This document shows positions 60,908-64,000 of a DNA stretch of 64,000 nucleotides, piece by piece; the stretch's first letter is position 1; each line of letters opens with the position of its first letter. The stretch spans positions 1,364,001-1,428,000 of the forward strand of contig JBLDXI010000023.1 of assembly GCA_047495785.1 (NCBI GenBank). The letters run 5' to 3'. The notes under the pieces were generated by a model that was given only the letters and a program-made list of their open reading frames with translations, did not search any database and was not told the DNA's origin. Made by a program: the position numbers and the translations under genes. The DNA comes from Lepidodermella squamata. Taxonomy: Eukaryota; Animalia; Gastrotricha.

Positions 60908-62383
60908 CTACTGCTTACGCTGCCGAGTTGCTCGCGGAGCCGCTTCAGCCGTATCTTGTTTCGACGCTCCTCCACGTTTACGGCAGCCAATTTTGATTAC
61001 GGGGGTACTGCTGGTATTTGCCTTCTGGCCGTCGCTGCTGCCAGGAATCTCGGCTAGAATCATCTCCGTAGCTGTGTTGAGCGACTCGGGCAAGTTATTA
61101 TCCACAGCTGGCATATTCTTCTCCAAGCCAGGCGTTGGCATTGAAATTGGAGCCAGGCGACGCACAGCGTAGTCTACGGGGGCCATTTGAAAAGTTGGCT
61201 GCTGGTAGGTCTGAGGGTTGATCGGGGTGAGAACGGCGTAGGTGGGCGTGGAAGAACTGTTAGACTGCACGAGGTCCGCCGGCACGTGTTGATAAGGCGC
61301 TTGCGGATGAAATTCCGAGAATTCACCCATTTCCGGCATTTCGGCGGCTGTCGGAAAGATTCCGCTCACGTTGCCGCTGAGAGAATCAGCGCGATTTTCA
61401 TCACCCGAGGGTGCTCGCTGGATTGAAAAAGCTGGCTGTTCTGGTGTCGAAATAGCCGGTGTTTGAGATGTAGGTGTTGACTGGAGAAATAGGGTGGGCG
61501 GAGGCTGCAAGGGAGTCAGAGTAGGGCGCTGGTGGCGAGTATTGAACCCGCAATTTTCCCGCATGCGTATGGCAGAGGTAATCTTGTCGAATACCGGGGG
61601 CTGGAAAAATAGAAAAATGACTATAAATTCACTATCCAAGTTGTAGGCGAACTCACCCTTGCATTCGAGCGACCGTCCGTAAGCACCGGAATCCCGGGGA
61701 TTGCTGGGTAGTTGAGGAGCAGGGTGTCGAAGAAATTGGCGAACATAATTCGCCGTTGCACTGGGTTGCCAACATTTCGAGGAACAAATTTCCTGTAATA
61801 AAAAATGCATATAAAACAAAATTCAAAAATTCAAAATTATTACACAATTTTAAAATTTATCATAATAATTAATTAGTGATTACCAAAATTTTATTTCGAA
61901 AAATTTCTCAAATCTTTCAATCAAAATTTCTAAATCAAAAGCTTCAATTTTTTACAGATGATCCATGATTAATCCCCACATTTTACATTTTAATAAAAAA
62001 TTCAGAAAATAAACAAAATATATAATAATTTCCATACAATTGCTACGATTTTATAATCAATTTTCTAAAAATTTCTGAAACATTTCTATCGAAGAAAACT
62101 ATTTTTACATTTTAAATAAATTGAAAATAAAATTAAAAATTAAAAATTGATTTCCATGATAAAAAAAATGATGAAAAAATAGTACTTACCATAGGTAATT
62201 CGTGATTTCGTTGCGAAACGATTTTTGAGCCTTCACTGAAACGTCGTGGCCATCAGCGAAAGCGCGGCCCAGTTCAGAAAGCTCGTCAGGTCGTGGAAAA
62301 CACGTGGGGAAGTTGAAATCGCGCAATTCAGGCGGCAAAAGCGCTGCGTGTTGCTTCTGTTGCTTCTTCGTATAACGATCCAT
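60908..62383 (-). CDS. Three-exon accessory gene of the EnSpm-like element (~340 aa, unknown function)
   Basis: Exons 62383-62190, 61792-61657, 61600-60908 with GT-AG sites splice into an open frame: ...ITNYLW KFVPRNVG...LLNYPAIP...NAR PPVFDKIT..., followed by a low-complexity tail. Confidence 0.65.
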
Positions 62384-62434
62384 GACAAAAAAAATGAAAT
62401 TAACAATCGACTCCTAAAAAAATAATTTATTAAA

Positions 62435-64000
62435 TTATTCGGTTTCGATTAAAAACAACACCCTTGGGGTTGCTAATAACAATAAGCGGTCTGCCTTACG
62501 CAGTACCGGCCAAGGGAAGCTAATTTGAGACAGAGGAGCTAAGATGGATTTGCCACCATAAGACACAATTTGATACGAATTAGTTCCCATAAAATAATTG
62601 CAATTCGCTTCCAGTAGTCGAACTAAAATTTCACCGTCGCTGCGGTTATATACAAAGTGTTCAATTTTAAAAAAAATAAGCTCGCAGCCGTTAGCCAGGA
62701 CGATGTCATTCGAGTTGAACGTCGATCCGCGCCAGGTAACCGATTCGATTACAGCGTGATCGATTCCCAGCATAGCCACGTCCTTTCGACCATCCACAGC
62801 TTTTCCAATGGACTCGATTTCTCGGATTTGATTTTTCGATTCGAGGCCGAATTTGACCAGACGATACGCCAAGAAATCGGCCACTGATTTTGGCATATTA
62901 ACGAAATTTCGCCAAGGTTTTAGCGAAATCGGCGCGTATGTGGCTTCCCACCTAAAAAATGGAGCAGGCAAATTAAAGTAAAATACAATGATGACCGATA
63001 TTATTTTCAGTTTGATAAAATTGGGCAGTTTCCACACGGGCATTGAGGACAGAATGATAACAGTAGAAATTCGCGCCCAAGTTTTGAAACGGCAATTAAT
63101 TTTAGAAATCGAGAAAAAATTCGTAAAATGCCACCTTAACTTCTCGTTCAATAAAATACATGCAAAATGCGATCGTAAAAGTTTTTCCATGTAAAAGTTC
63201 GGGGAAATAAGAATAACCATGGTTATTAATGATCCCGCTTCTCTACACGTTTCATTTCATCGCTGACTGGAATCGCTGGATTTTGTTTGAATATTCCCGA
63301 ATTTCAGTTATATTCTCGAATGATGTAGATATTTTTGTCTGGAAAAAATCCATCGAAAAAATGAAGAAATCCAGTAATGACACCACAAATTTCGAATAAT
63401 GAAAAATCAAATAATTTTAAAAGGGCCAGGCAAATTTAACAAAATATTTAGCTAATCTCGAAGAACTAGCGAATAATTGTAAACTCAACATTAGAAATAA
63501 CCTTACCTCATGGCCCAGTAATTTCGAGCCGGGCCGAATTCCAACATTTGTGGAACGAAGTGTAGACTCCAGTGATGCTTGGCGACTTGTTTCGATTTAG
63601 GGTAGGCTTTCTTGAACGCGATGTGATGAGCAGTAGTTAGAGCTTTGACTTGCTCAATTGATTTCTGATCAATGATGGGCGAAAGAATGAGTTGAACCAT
63701 CAAAGCCAGCTGGAGGATCGACGCGAATTGAACGCAGTCGGTTGGTAGGACTCGTTCAAGGGCGAGTGGCAGGTAGACCAGCAGTAGCAGATGCTCGATT
63801 CCTTTCCCGATTGGGGAGTAATCCGTCTTCTTGACCAACGGCAACTTGTGCTTGGCGAGAAACGTCTTGAACGAGGCCAATTTATCGGCGAGTTGCTGGA
63901 AATTGATCACTTTCTCGACATTGATTAGCCAGTTGAAAAGCAGGCGAATTTCTCGAACGACAACGCCCTATATAAGCTTATCATTAGAAACCAGCATAAT
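62435..64000 (-). CDS. CMC/EnSpm-type transposase, C-terminal exons
   Basis: KHHWSLHFVPQMLEFGPARNYWAMR|WEA...RNFVNMPKSVA, with an intron at 62952-63506, matches the H..GP...W.MR.E...NF.N motif of animal EnSpm-like transposases. Confidence 0.78.

Larger units (their letters stand above)
59919..64000 (-). mobile_element. 3' half of an autonomous CMC/EnSpm-like transposon
   Basis: Putative terminus CACTCACAGG at 59919 with TTTACGC/GCGTAAA subterminal repeats; carries a transposase and an accessory gene; other end lies outside the window. Confidence 0.68.

Overview
Eukaryotic (invertebrate-like) DNA with short spliceosomal introns; it is not prokaryotic. From 0.4 to 58.7 kb the window is a head-to-tail, all-plus-strand tandem array of about 16 copies (plus fragments) of a 7-exon gene. 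Spliced by hand, the gene encodes a ~425-aa protein made almost entirely of seven consecutive divergent homeodomains (HD1-HD7). The ORF track only shows its exons as scattered short ORFs. Copies include intact 7-HD genes (416-2140, 31055-32881), open variants with 5-6 HDs, a homeodomain-LINE fusion, and pseudogenes. All introns are phase 0, five sit at the same helix-1 position, and the last intron is GC-AG in every copy that has it. The array is riddled with transposons: two Jockey-like LINE families (one with an intact 956-aa ORF2), a complete P-element-like transposon with TIRs and an 8-bp TSD, a non-autonomous CACTA element, hAT MITEs, foldback elements, and the 3' half of an autonomous CMC/EnSpm element at the right edge. 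An island at 8.2-10.4 kb holds an intronless MpaB/rubber-oxygenase-like gene and a decayed gene that resembles a bacterial secreted-protein family. Gene models were spliced manually, and family assignments rest on motif recognition, not database searches.
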